64,000 nt of DNA from an uncultured Pseudomonadales bacterium. GTDB taxonomy: Bacteria > Patescibacteriota > Microgenomatia > UBA1400 > PJMF01. Positions within the stretch are counted from its first letter, which is position 1, and the number at the start of each line of letters is the position of its first letter. Below are positions 9,256 through 17,214 of the stretch, piece by piece. The stretch covers positions 65,122 to 129,121 of the forward strand of contig CAYPPX010000001.1 in NCBI GenBank assembly GCA_964412775.1, read 5' to 3'. The notes beneath the pieces are model-generated. The model made no database searches. It was not told the origin of the DNA and saw nothing but the letters and a program-made list of their open reading frames with translations. The translations under genes were made by a program, and so were the position numbers.

Positions 9256-10464
9256 TTACTCGTATCTCAAAGCTTCAATCGGAGAGAGGCTAGCTGCTCT
9301 TTTGGCTGGAGCAACTCCAAAAATTACTCCAACAGCAGCCGAAACACTAAAGGCTAACATAATGGCACCTAAAGTAATTTTGGCTGGGAAAAAGGCTTGA
9401 ATAGCCAGTGAACCAAGATAAGCAATTGCTAAACCAATCAAACCACCCATAACCGAGAGTAGAGCAGATTCAATTAAAAACTGGACCAAAATTTGTTTTG
9501 GGGTAGCGCCTAGAGCTTTTCTTAGACCAATTTCTCTAGTTCTTTCGGTAACAGAAACTAACATGATATTCATAATCCCAATACCACCAACCACTAGGGA
9601 AATAGCAGCAATGCCCCCAAGACCCACAGTTAGCATGCCCAAAATACCATTAATTGTATCTAGAATTTCAGCTTGATCAACCACACTAAACTCATCTTCT
9701 TCTAGTCTTTTACCCAAAGTATTTTCGATAGCTTTAATTGATTCCTTCATCCTATCTTTGTCATTAATCTTGACCATAATTTCCACAATTTGTTCTGTAT
9801 CATAAATTCTAAAACTAGTTTCCAGTGGTATATATACATAAGTATCAAAACTTGGACCACCTCCACCCCCACCTTGTTTTTCAGCTGTGCCTACGACTTT
9901 AAAGGTTTGGGTACCAAGTTTGACCTTTTTACCAATAGGATCAACTTGACCAAATAACTCATCAGCAATTTGCCAACCCAAAACAGCCACTCTTTCTGCT
10001 CCTTGGTCTTCAGCTTTATTGAAAAACCGTCCTTTTTCTATCCCAATGATGAATTCTTCATATTGGTAGTTTGTACCAATTACTGAGACGGTTTTTTCTT
10101 CCTCTCTGAAAGAAATTTTGTCTGATTGAGTATTCATTGGTATAGCAAATTTGACAAATTCTCTCAGTCTATTAATTTCGTTGACATCTTCTAGTTTTAG
10201 TTTATTGTTAATAAAAGCATTTCTTTGTGATTCGGCGTTAAAGCCACCACCCTCAGCAAAGGGATTTCCTGGAACGATAAAAACATTGTTGGAACCAAGT
10301 GCTTCAAACTGGTCAGTAATGTAGGCTTGGAGACCAGTCCCGATGGAAGTTAGCAAGACTACAGAAGACACCCCAATAATGACACCCAACATGGTTAAGA
10401 ATGACCTACCTTTGTTGACCATGATGGCTTTAATGGCCACCAGGAAAGTATTTTTTAGTTTCAT
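9256..10464 (-). CDS. ABC transporter permease, MacB/FtsX-type
   Basis: N-terminal TM, large extracytoplasmic domain, C-terminal 3-TM FtsX-like domain; G-rich loop (GGGGGG). Confidence 0.75.
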   Translation of the reverse strand: MKLKNTFLVAIKAIMVNKGRSFLTMLGVIIGVSSVVLLTSIGTGLQAYITDQFEALGSNNVFIVPGNPFAEGGGFNAESQRNAFINNKLKLEDVNEINRLREFVKFAIPMNTQSDKISFREEEKTVSVIGTNYQYEEFIIGIEKGRFFNKAEDQGAERVAVLGWQIADELFGQVDPIGKKVKLGTQTFKVVGTAEKQGGGGGGPSFDTYVYIPLETSFRIYDTEQIVEIMVKINDKDRMKESIKAIENTLGKRLEEDEFSVVDQAEILDTINGILGMLTVGLGGIAAISLVVGGIGIMNIMLVSVTERTREIGLRKALGATPKQILVQFLIESALLSVMGGLIGLAIAYLGSLAIQAFFPAKITLGAIMLAFSVSAAVGVIFGVAPAKRAASLSPIEALRYE

Positions 10465-11159
10465 TTCTTTATTTTTCCATCATGAATTTCAATACTAGAA
10501 TGAGCAATTTTAGCCACATCATGTTCGTGGGTGACCATAATGATAGTTTTACCTTCTTTGTTGAGTTCTTTGAGAATTTTTTCAACTTCTTGTCCAGATT
10601 TAGAGTCTAAGTTGCCAGTTGGTTCATCAGCAAAAATAATTGAGGGGCTATTAATCAGTGCCCTAGCGATGGCAACCCTTTGTTGTTGACCACCAGATAA
10701 TTGTGCCGGACTGTTGTCCAATCTATTACCCAGTCCCACTCTTTCTAACATTACTTTGGCCATTTCCAGCCGAGTTTTTTCATCAATCCCAGCGTAAACT
10801 AGAGGTAAAGCAACATTTTCGAGAGCAGATGTTTTAGCTAGAAGGTTGAAGTTTTGAAAAATAAAGCCGATCTCTTTGTTTCTTAAATGGGCTCGTTCAA
10901 CTTCATCATAAGTAGTGGTATCTTTACCATTGATGAAAATTTTACCAGAGCTTGGGGCAGCTAAAATACTAGCGACCTGTAGAAAGGTTGATTTTCCAGA
11001 ACCAGATGGGCCCATGACTGATAGAAAGTCACCAGCTCGGACCTTTAAAGAAATACCATCTAAAGCTCTAATTTTTTGAGTACCAAGCGAATATTCTTTG
11101 ACAACATCAATCAATTCTAAAACTACTGGTTTATTATTTTTACTTGCTTTTTGAGACAT
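10461..11159 (-). CDS. ABC transporter ATP-binding protein (MacB/LolD-like)
   Basis: Walker A GPSGSGKST, signature LSGGQQQRVAIARAL, Walker B IIFADEPTGNLD; 4-nt overlap with the downstream permease gene. Confidence 0.9.
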   Translation of the reverse strand: MSQKASKNNKPVVLELIDVVKEYSLGTQKIRALDGISLKVRAGDFLSVMGPSGSGKSTFLQVASILAAPSSGKIFINGKDTTTYDEVERAHLRNKEIGFIFQNFNLLAKTSALENVALPLVYAGIDEKTRLEMAKVMLERVGLGNRLDNSPAQLSGGQQQRVAIARALINSPSIIFADEPTGNLDSKSGQEVEKILKELNKEGKTIIMVTHEHDVAKIAHSSIEIHDGKIKK

Positions 11160-11161
11160 CT

Positions 11162-12208
11162 TTATTCTGGAATAACGATTTCATCACTTGTAGATAAACC
11201 ACTAACTACCTCAATTTTTTCGTCTGTTTCTAATCCAACCTCAATTTCTCTTTCTTCGGTGGTTTTGTTGTCAATTTTGATATCAACATAGGTTTTACCA
11301 TCTCTTTCTTTGATTGCGACCAAAGGAACTGTCATCACATTCTGTTTGGTTTCTAGCTCTATTTTGACATCACCATTCATGCCTAAGCGGTATTTAGTTA
11401 AATCGTTTGATGAGATAGGAAACTCAACGACAAAGGCTGTACCACTAGCTGATGGAACACTTTGAAAAGAAATATAGTTGACAGCACTAGTGAAATTTTC
11501 TTCTGGGTAAGCATCTAGTTCGATTGTGGCTGATTGATTTTGAGTAACCAACGAAATATCTGATTCGTCAACTAAAGCTTTGAAAGTAAGTGTGGCTGGG
11601 TTAACAATCTCAAAACTATCTGTAGCTAAGAGTTGAACTCCAGTCACCGGAGTTGGACTTTTAATCAAGATACCATCAAATGGTGAAGTCATCACTCCAT
11701 TTGAGATAGAAATGGCAGCTAGTTCCACATCAAGAACTGAGTTAGTAAGGTCAAATTGTTCTTTGTCGATGGTTCTTTTTAAAGATTCATCAACGGTTGT
11801 GCCATCACCAATATCGTCCTGTCTTTGGTCCCAATCAAGTCTTTCCTTAGAGTAAGCATTGAGGTACTTTTCTTGAGTTTTTAGGGCAGTCCTTTGATCA
11901 ACTGTGGCGATGGTTTGCCATTTTTTGACAGTATCACCTTCTTTGGCTCCCAGGTAAACCACTTTACCACCAGCCACAAAGCGCAGGCTAACTTTTTCTT
12001 TAGCATCAATAACACCAGAAACATCAAGAGTTTTAGTAATGGTTTCAATTGTGGGGTGAGCGAAAACAAGAACTGGTTGGTTAGCTTTACTTTTAATGAT
12101 GTTGTTTAAAATTAATCCCAGAATCACAACGACAGTAATAATTAACCACTTTCTTTTTTGCCAGATGCTTTTTAGATTGCTAAATAAACCTTTAATTTTA
12201 TTTGCCAT
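11162..12208 (-). CDS. HlyD/MacA-family periplasmic adaptor (efflux membrane-fusion protein)
   Basis: N-terminal TM anchor, coiled-coil region, beta-barrel-like C-terminal region, 348 aa; operon with MacB-like ATPase/permease. Confidence 0.6.
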   Translation of the reverse strand: MANKIKGLFSNLKSIWQKRKWLIITVVVILGLILNNIIKSKANQPVLVFAHPTIETITKTLDVSGVIDAKEKVSLRFVAGGKVVYLGAKEGDTVKKWQTIATVDQRTALKTQEKYLNAYSKERLDWDQRQDDIGDGTTVDESLKRTIDKEQFDLTNSVLDVELAAISISNGVMTSPFDGILIKSPTPVTGVQLLATDSFEIVNPATLTFKALVDESDISLVTQNQSATIELDAYPEENFTSAVNYISFQSVPSASGTAFVVEFPISSNDLTKYRLGMNGDVKIELETKQNVMTVPLVAIKERDGKTYVDIKIDNKTTEEREIEVGLETDEKIEVVSGLSTSDEIVIPE

Positions 12209-12250
12209 AAGTCTTTCTCAGATTATAGTTGCTCAATTATATAACTTTAG

Positions 12251-12323
12251 TGCGTGCGCTAGGACTTGAACCTAGAACCACCAAGGTATAAGCTTGGCGC
12301 TCTGCCAATTGAGCTACGCACGC
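12251..12323 (-). tRNA. tRNA-Ile (anticodon UAU)
   Basis: Hand-folded 73-nt cloverleaf on minus strand: acceptor GCGTGCG/CGCACGC, D-stem GCTC/GAGC, anticodon stem CCAAG/CTTGG with loop CTTATAC, T-arm CTAGG-TTCAAGT-CCTAG; no encoded CCA. Confidence 0.8.
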
Positions 12324-12412
12324 TTTATGATGTGCTAATTATAAAACAAAACAGATTAAACTATTTGAGTAGTTTGATTTAGTTATTTGTAGTCAGCTGG
12401 TGGAAATGTTCG

Positions 12413-12454
12413 TGTGAGACACTTGCCCACGGGGCAGAGGGGTCGGGTTGTTTT
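12413..12454. repeat. GC-rich ~40-nt conserved intergenic motif, copy 2
   Basis: gtgagacacttgcccacggggcagaggggtcgggttgttttc; lies between surface-protein gene stop and tRNA-Ile. Confidence 0.45.
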
Positions 12455-12456
12455 CT

Positions 12457-13689
12457 TTACAAGAAGAGTAACAGTAATGCACCAATACCAAGGGCTCCAA
12501 GACCAACTTGTAAGTATTGTAGCCAATTTTCTGGACCACTCTTTGGTAGCTCTGAAGGAAGAGTTGGTTCAGTTGAAGTATATCTGTTAGTGATATTAAC
12601 AGTAGCCGTACTTGAAGACGATGAGCTAGATGAGGAACTACTGCTACTACTGCCTTCAGTTGGAACGGCTGTTGGGGCATTACAACAGGCTGCTTTGCCA
12701 GGGTTAGCGATACAAGCATCCTCATAGGCAGGCATTGAACAATAATTGTCACCGTCATTGGCAGTGACACAGATTAAGCCATCATTACAATCATTATCAT
12801 CGTCACAAGGGGTGTAGCCACATTCTTCTGGTAAAGGAGTTGGAGTAATAGTTGGGGTAGGTTCATTACAACAGGCCTCAACACCAGGGTTAGCGATACA
12901 AGCATCCTCATATTCAGGTAGAGAACAGTATTTATCACCATCATCAGCAGTAACACAGATCAAACCCTCATCACAGCTGGCATCAGTAGTACAAGGAGTG
13001 TAACCACATTCACTAATCATCGGAGTTGGACTTGGGGTAACAGTAATGGTTGGAGTAATAGTTGGGGTTACACCAGGAGGTAGTGTTGGAGTTGGACTTG
13101 GTACTCTGGTTGGTGTTGGAGTAGCAGTTGGTGTAATAGTCGTAGTTGGAGGCTCGGTTGGTTCAGGTGGTTCGGTGGGTCTTGGTGGTCTAGTAGGTCC
13201 ACCACCAGGACAACAGCCATCTTCATCTGGCCCATAAATATCAGAACAACACACATAGCCTTCAACACAACAAGTTGTTCCTTGGCCTTGATAGTTAGTA
13301 CAGTAAGCTCTGCCTTGATTTTCACATTGGGTTTCTAATTCTGGTTCGCATTTTGTTCCATTACATAAATCTCCACCTAAACAGTGACACCACTCTGGGT
13401 GTCCACCACAAGCATTAGGGTCATTAATGTTACACTCAAAGTTACTATATTGACCGGTATCTGCCTGTTGACGTAAATCTTGGTTGAGTTTGGTCATGTA
13501 AAGACCAGCAATACCTCCAAGAACTAGGAGTAAAAGTGATAAAAAAGCAAAAACAAGTTTTGTTTTTTTACTATTTGTATTTTTTAGTTTTTTTTCTTTG
13601 AAACTATTACCATCACCATTAACTATAGTCTTATCTAAAGAGGGGATATCACCAATTGGCTGGTTGATTTTAGTTAACAGGTCGGACAT
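12457..13689 (-). CDS. cysteine-rich cell-surface protein, paralog 1 (signal anchor, Cys modules, PT linker, poly-Ser, C-terminal LPKSG sorting-like signal)
   Basis: ORF 12457-13701 starts at a TTG; the first ATG is at 13689. N-terminal TM followed by conserved [17 protein letters not shown], two ECGYTPC...CVTADDGDKYCSLPEYEDACIANPG..CC modules, 16 consecutive Ser, and C-terminus ...[30 protein letters not shown]. Confidence 0.6.
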   Translation of the reverse strand: MSDLLTKINQPIGDIPSLDKTIVNGDGNSFKEKKLKNTNSKKTKLVFAFLSLLLLVLGGIAGLYMTKLNQDLRQQADTGQYSNFECNINDPNACGGHPEWCHCLGGDLCNGTKCEPELETQCENQGRAYCTNYQGQGTTCCVEGYVCCSDIYGPDEDGCCPGGGPTRPPRPTEPPEPTEPPTTTITPTATPTPTRVPSPTPTLPPGVTPTITPTITVTPSPTPMISECGYTPCTTDASCDEGLICVTADDGDKYCSLPEYEDACIANPGVEACCNEPTPTITPTPLPEECGYTPCDDDNDCNDGLICVTANDGDNYCSMPAYEDACIANPGKAACCNAPTAVPTEGSSSSSSSSSSSSSSTATVNITNRYTSTEPTLPSELPKSGPENWLQYLQVGLGALGIGALLLLFL

Positions 13690-13747
13690 GTATTTATACA
13701 ATACATAGAATAGCTTGTTTTTTATAGATTCGTCAATCTGCTGATTA

Positions 13748-15082
13748 TTATAAAAATAAGATTAATAATGCCCCAATACCTAATGCTCCAAGACCAATTT
13801 GTAAGTAGTTTAGCCAGTCGCTTGGTCCAGATTGAGGTAATTTTTCTGGATAGGTTGGTTGCTCACCTTTTGTAGTGGTTTTAGTGGTTGTTTTAGTTGG
13901 AGTTGCTGTTGTTGTTTTAGTAGCCACTTTGGTTGGAGAAGAGGTCGTATTGTTGGTAACAGTTCTGCCTCCACCTGACACAACAGTATTATTTTCAATG
14001 TTTATAACGACTGATGAAGATGAACTACTGCTAGAACTGCTGCTAGATGAGCTACCTCCACTTGGTGGGTTGGTTGGAGCAATACAACAAACAGCTTTAC
14101 CAGGGTTAGCGATACAAGCTTCTTCATATTCTGGCATCGAACAATAGTTATCACCGTTATTAGCAGTGACACAAATTAGGTCATCGCTACAATCGTTATC
14201 ATCGTCACAAGGAGTGTAACCACATTCTTCAGGTGCTGGAGTAGCGGTTGGAGTTGGAGTGGTAGTGGCTGTTGGAGCGATACAACAAGATTCGGTGCTT
14301 GGGTTATCTATACAAGCATCTTCATATTCTGGTATCGAACAATAGTTATCACCGTCATTAGCAGTGACACAAATTAGGTCATCGCTACAATCGTTATCAT
14401 CGTCACAAGGAGTGTAACCACACTCACTTGGCTCTGGGGTAGCAGTTGGAGCGTTACAACATTTTTCTACTCCTGGTTCGATAGCACATTCTTCAGCATA
14501 TTCTGGCATCGAACAATAGTTATCACCGTTATCAGCAGTGACACAGATTAAATCTTCACCACAGTCATTATCATCATCACATGGGGTGTAGCCACACTCA
14601 CTTGGCTCTGGGGTAGCAGTTGGAGCGTTACAACATTTTTCTGTCCCTGGTTCAGCGATACAAGCTTCTTCATATTCAGGTAAAGAACAATAGCTATTTC
14701 CATTTTCAGCGGTAATACAACTGAGGCCCTCAGCACAGTCGTTGGCCGTTTCACAAGGGCCAAAGCCACAATTTGCTTTGAGAGTTGGACCTGGAACAGT
14801 AAAGGAAATATGGCAACTATCTTGATTTATAAAGGCTGCAGGTTGTGAGTCTGGAGCATTTGGAGCTTTAATTGAATCATCAATAAATTGTTTTTGTGAA
14901 ATTAATACGCCAGCTAATCCAAGAATAAAAAAAGATAATAATCCAAAGGTAGTTAGGATAATATTTTTAATATTCTTCTTTGGTTTTTCTGGTTTGTTAA
15001 ATGAAGGCACGGAATCATTCAGCTTTACTTCAAAAGCTGTTGGATCTTGTTTGACTGGTAGGTTCTTTTTTAAATCAAGCAT
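13748..15082 (-). CDS. cysteine-rich cell-surface protein, paralog 2 (four tandem 8-Cys modules, C-terminal LPQSG signal)
   Basis: N-terminal TM; 4 repeats of SECGYTPCDDDNDC..DLICVTA.NGDNYCS.PEYEEACI..PG...CC.APTAT; poly-Ser (16); TTK-rich linker; C-terminus [32 protein letters not shown]; 9 nt downstream of paralog 3 (operon). Confidence 0.65.
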   Translation of the reverse strand: MLDLKKNLPVKQDPTAFEVKLNDSVPSFNKPEKPKKNIKNIILTTFGLLSFFILGLAGVLISQKQFIDDSIKAPNAPDSQPAAFINQDSCHISFTVPGPTLKANCGFGPCETANDCAEGLSCITAENGNSYCSLPEYEEACIAEPGTEKCCNAPTATPEPSECGYTPCDDDNDCGEDLICVTADNGDNYCSMPEYAEECAIEPGVEKCCNAPTATPEPSECGYTPCDDDNDCSDDLICVTANDGDNYCSIPEYEDACIDNPSTESCCIAPTATTTPTPTATPAPEECGYTPCDDDNDCSDDLICVTANNGDNYCSMPEYEEACIANPGKAVCCIAPTNPPSGGSSSSSSSSSSSSSSVVINIENNTVVSGGGRTVTNNTTSSPTKVATKTTTATPTKTTTKTTTKGEQPTYPEKLPQSGPSDWLNYLQIGLGALGIGALLILFL

Positions 15083-15091
15083 TTTTACTTT

Positions 15092-16255
15092 TTAGTCTTC
15101 ACAAGCTGTTGGTGTTAGGCTCTCCCAATCACAAACAGTATCTCCTGCTTCATCGATGCTACAAACAGAACATTGAGCCATGTAATCACCATACATACTA
15201 ATATTGTAATTAATTCCGTTTTCACCCTCTTCATTAATAAATTCTAGAGGTTCTAAGTGGTTATGACTGCCACATGGTTCGTAGATTCTAAAGGCGTAGA
15301 AGTATCCATCTGGTAAGGAACTTTGATTACTACTACAAACAAATCTAACAGTACTTTGTCCAGCAATAAGTTGATCATCGTCATTAGCTGACATTAGACT
15401 GCTTTGACCACTAGTCACGTTGTACATAGCAATATCTCTACATTGTGGTCCAATCATTGTTGTAGGGGTTGGAGTAGGCTCATTACAACAGGCCTCAACA
15501 CCAGGGTTAGCGATACAAGCATCCTCATATTCAGGTAGAGAACAGTATTTGTCACCATCATTAGCAGTGACACAGATTAAACCATCGTTACAACTGGCAT
15601 CAGTAGTACAAGGAGTGTAACCACACTCATTAATTACTGGAGTTGGACTTGGTGTAGGAGTGCTAGTTGGTGTAGGGGTAGCAGTAGGGGTAATGGTTGT
15701 AGTTGGTGGGTCAGTTGGATCTGGAGGATCATCTGGAGGGTCGTTTGGAGGGCAGTCAGTACAGACAACTCCGGCATCTTCACACAAAGCATCACAGCTA
15801 TCTGCAACACCAATTACCCAGTAGCCCTGGTCATTTCCTGGACCACATTTGCAACGGATCATACCTCCAGTACAACCTTCTACAACTGTAGTATTGGGAT
15901 TGTCACACCAATCACCACCCAAAGTATCTTCTGTACATAAACCGTCATCGTCATAACCACAAACAATAATGCCGTCACCATCAGGATCATCACAGTTTTC
16001 TAGCACACAACGGCCATTCACTAGATGGTAGTTTGGTTCGCAACTATATTGACCGGTATCTGCTTGTTGACGTAAGTCTTGGTTGAGTTTGGTCATAAAC
16101 AAGCCAGTGGTAACACCAATTACTAAAAAGAGTAAGGAGGCGATACCGATTAATAACTTATTTTTTGAAGATTGAGCGACAGCAAATTGAACCGTTTTTT
16201 TGCTTGGTTCTCTAGCAGAACTAAAACTAGTATTTTGGGGATCACTAGATTCCAT
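15092..16255 (-). CDS. cysteine-rich secreted/surface protein, paralog 3 (no C-terminal sorting signal)
   Basis: N-terminal TM + [18 protein letters not shown] (nucleotide sequence nearly identical to paralog 1), Cys-rich N domain, PT linker, one ECGYTPC module, distinct Cys-containing C-terminal domain ending ...TPTACED. Confidence 0.6.
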   Translation of the reverse strand: MESSDPQNTSFSSAREPSKKTVQFAVAQSSKNKLLIGIASLLFLVIGVTTGLFMTKLNQDLRQQADTGQYSCEPNYHLVNGRCVLENCDDPDGDGIIVCGYDDDGLCTEDTLGGDWCDNPNTTVVEGCTGGMIRCKCGPGNDQGYWVIGVADSCDALCEDAGVVCTDCPPNDPPDDPPDPTDPPTTTITPTATPTPTSTPTPSPTPVINECGYTPCTTDASCNDGLICVTANDGDKYCSLPEYEDACIANPGVEACCNEPTPTPTTMIGPQCRDIAMYNVTSGQSSLMSANDDDQLIAGQSTVRFVCSSNQSSLPDGYFYAFRIYEPCGSHNHLEPLEFINEEGENGINYNISMYGDYMAQCSVCSIDEAGDTVCDWESLTPTACED

Positions 16256-16312
16256 AAATAAACTGTTATTAAGAATATATCTTTTTTCAAGTACTCGTCA
16301 ATGAATAAAAAT

Positions 16313-16340
16313 AAAAAGGGACTAATTTTTAGTCCCTTTT
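16313..16340 (-). terminator. intrinsic terminator downstream of paralog 4
   Basis: Perfect 10-bp stem aaaagggact/agtccctttt with 7-nt loop, followed on the minus strand by T-rich tract. Confidence 0.55.
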
Positions 16341-16365
16341 ATTAATCTTAGTTATTATTGGTTTT

Positions 16366-17214
16366 TTATAAGAAGAGTAGTAGCAGTGCTCCAGCTCCTA
16401 AAGCACCCAAACCAATCTGTAAGTATTTAAGCCAGTCTTCTGGTCCAGTTTCTGGTAATTGTTCTGGTAAATCTGGTTGAGTAGTGTAACTAGTAGTACC
16501 AGTGCTGGTGCTAGTATTGATGTTTACAGTAGCACTACTATTACTTTCTGAGTAACTACTTGATGAACTGCCATCATTGTTGTTTGATTGGGTTGGTTCT
16601 GCTGTTGGTTCGGTTGTGGGCTCACTTCCACCAGTAGTTGGTTCGGTTGTCGGTTCACCGGTTGGTTCGGTTGTGGGCTCACCAGTTGGTTCAGTTGTAG
16701 GTTCACCAGTTGGTTCAGTTGTAGGTTCTGCTGTTGGTTCGGTTGTCGGTTCACCGGTTGGTTCGGTTGTGGGAGCTACAGTTGGAGTTGGATCAGATGA
16801 TCCAGCATCACAAGTACACTTAGCTTTACCATCGTTTCCAATTTGGTTTGGTAGTGATCTACATTCTCCATCACCACCACATGAATCACCTGGATCTTTG
16901 CCTTGACATTGAGAAGCAGAAGCATCAGAACAGTCGCCTCCAGTAGTGTATGCTCCTGTATCAGCCTGTTGACGTAAATCTTGGTTAATCTTCATCAAGT
17001 AAAGACTAATTCCACCACCTATTACTAATAGTAGTAAGAGAATCCCAGCAATTAGATAGCGTTTATTACTTTTTCTAGTGGGTTTTTTTGAAAATCTTTT
17101 TAGAGTCGGTTCTTTGTTTTCTGCTTTGTCGCTATTTAATTGAGTTGGATCAGCTGGTAAGCTAGGTCCAGACACATCGTTGCTATAACTAGGATTTTGG
17201 ATGGTATTAATCAT
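16366..17214 (-). CDS. cysteine-rich cell-surface protein, paralog 4 (EPTT/GEPT tandem repeats, C-terminal LPETG signal)
   Basis: N-terminal TM + [17 protein letters not shown], 12-Cys domain, about 9 tandem TEPTGEPT repeats (12/24-nt DNA periodicity), S-rich tract, C-terminus [32 protein letters not shown]. Confidence 0.6.
   Translation of the reverse strand: MINTIQNPSYSNDVSGPSLPADPTQLNSDKAENKEPTLKRFSKKPTRKSNKRYLIAGILLLLLVIGGGISLYLMKINQDLRQQADTGAYTTGGDCSDASASQCQGKDPGDSCGGDGECRSLPNQIGNDGKAKCTCDAGSSDPTPTVAPTTEPTGEPTTEPTAEPTTEPTGEPTTEPTGEPTTEPTGEPTTEPTTGGSEPTTEPTAEPTQSNNNDGSSSSSYSESNSSATVNINTSTSTGTTSYTTQPDLPEQLPETGPEDWLKYLQIGLGALGAGALLLLFL

Noticed and set aside
4901-12454. Interpreting the two GC-rich motif copies as att-site direct repeats of an integrated element or genomic island
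   Set aside because: This is attractive because one copy abuts a tRNA and a TraG-like gene precedes the other. However, the repeat is not derived from the tRNA 3' end, no integrase or recombinase is present in the window, and the bracketed genes look like ordinary metabolism and transport. It is kept only as a hypothesis under the motif finding.
12600-12660. Poly-Ser and PT repeats as independent repeat features or a CRISPR-like array
   Set aside because: The periodicity is in-frame coding repeat within the surface-protein genes. There are no direct repeats with unique spacers and no cas genes, so it is not CRISPR.
11881-16906. Short antisense ORFs overlapping the adaptor gene and the Cys-rich genes (for example 11894-12109, 12393-12770, 13046-13237, 13875-14147, 16577-16906, 16588-16800)
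   Set aside because: They sit opposite strongly supported long CDSs, have repeat-driven composition, and lack RBS or start context. They are artefacts of GC-rich repetitive coding DNA.
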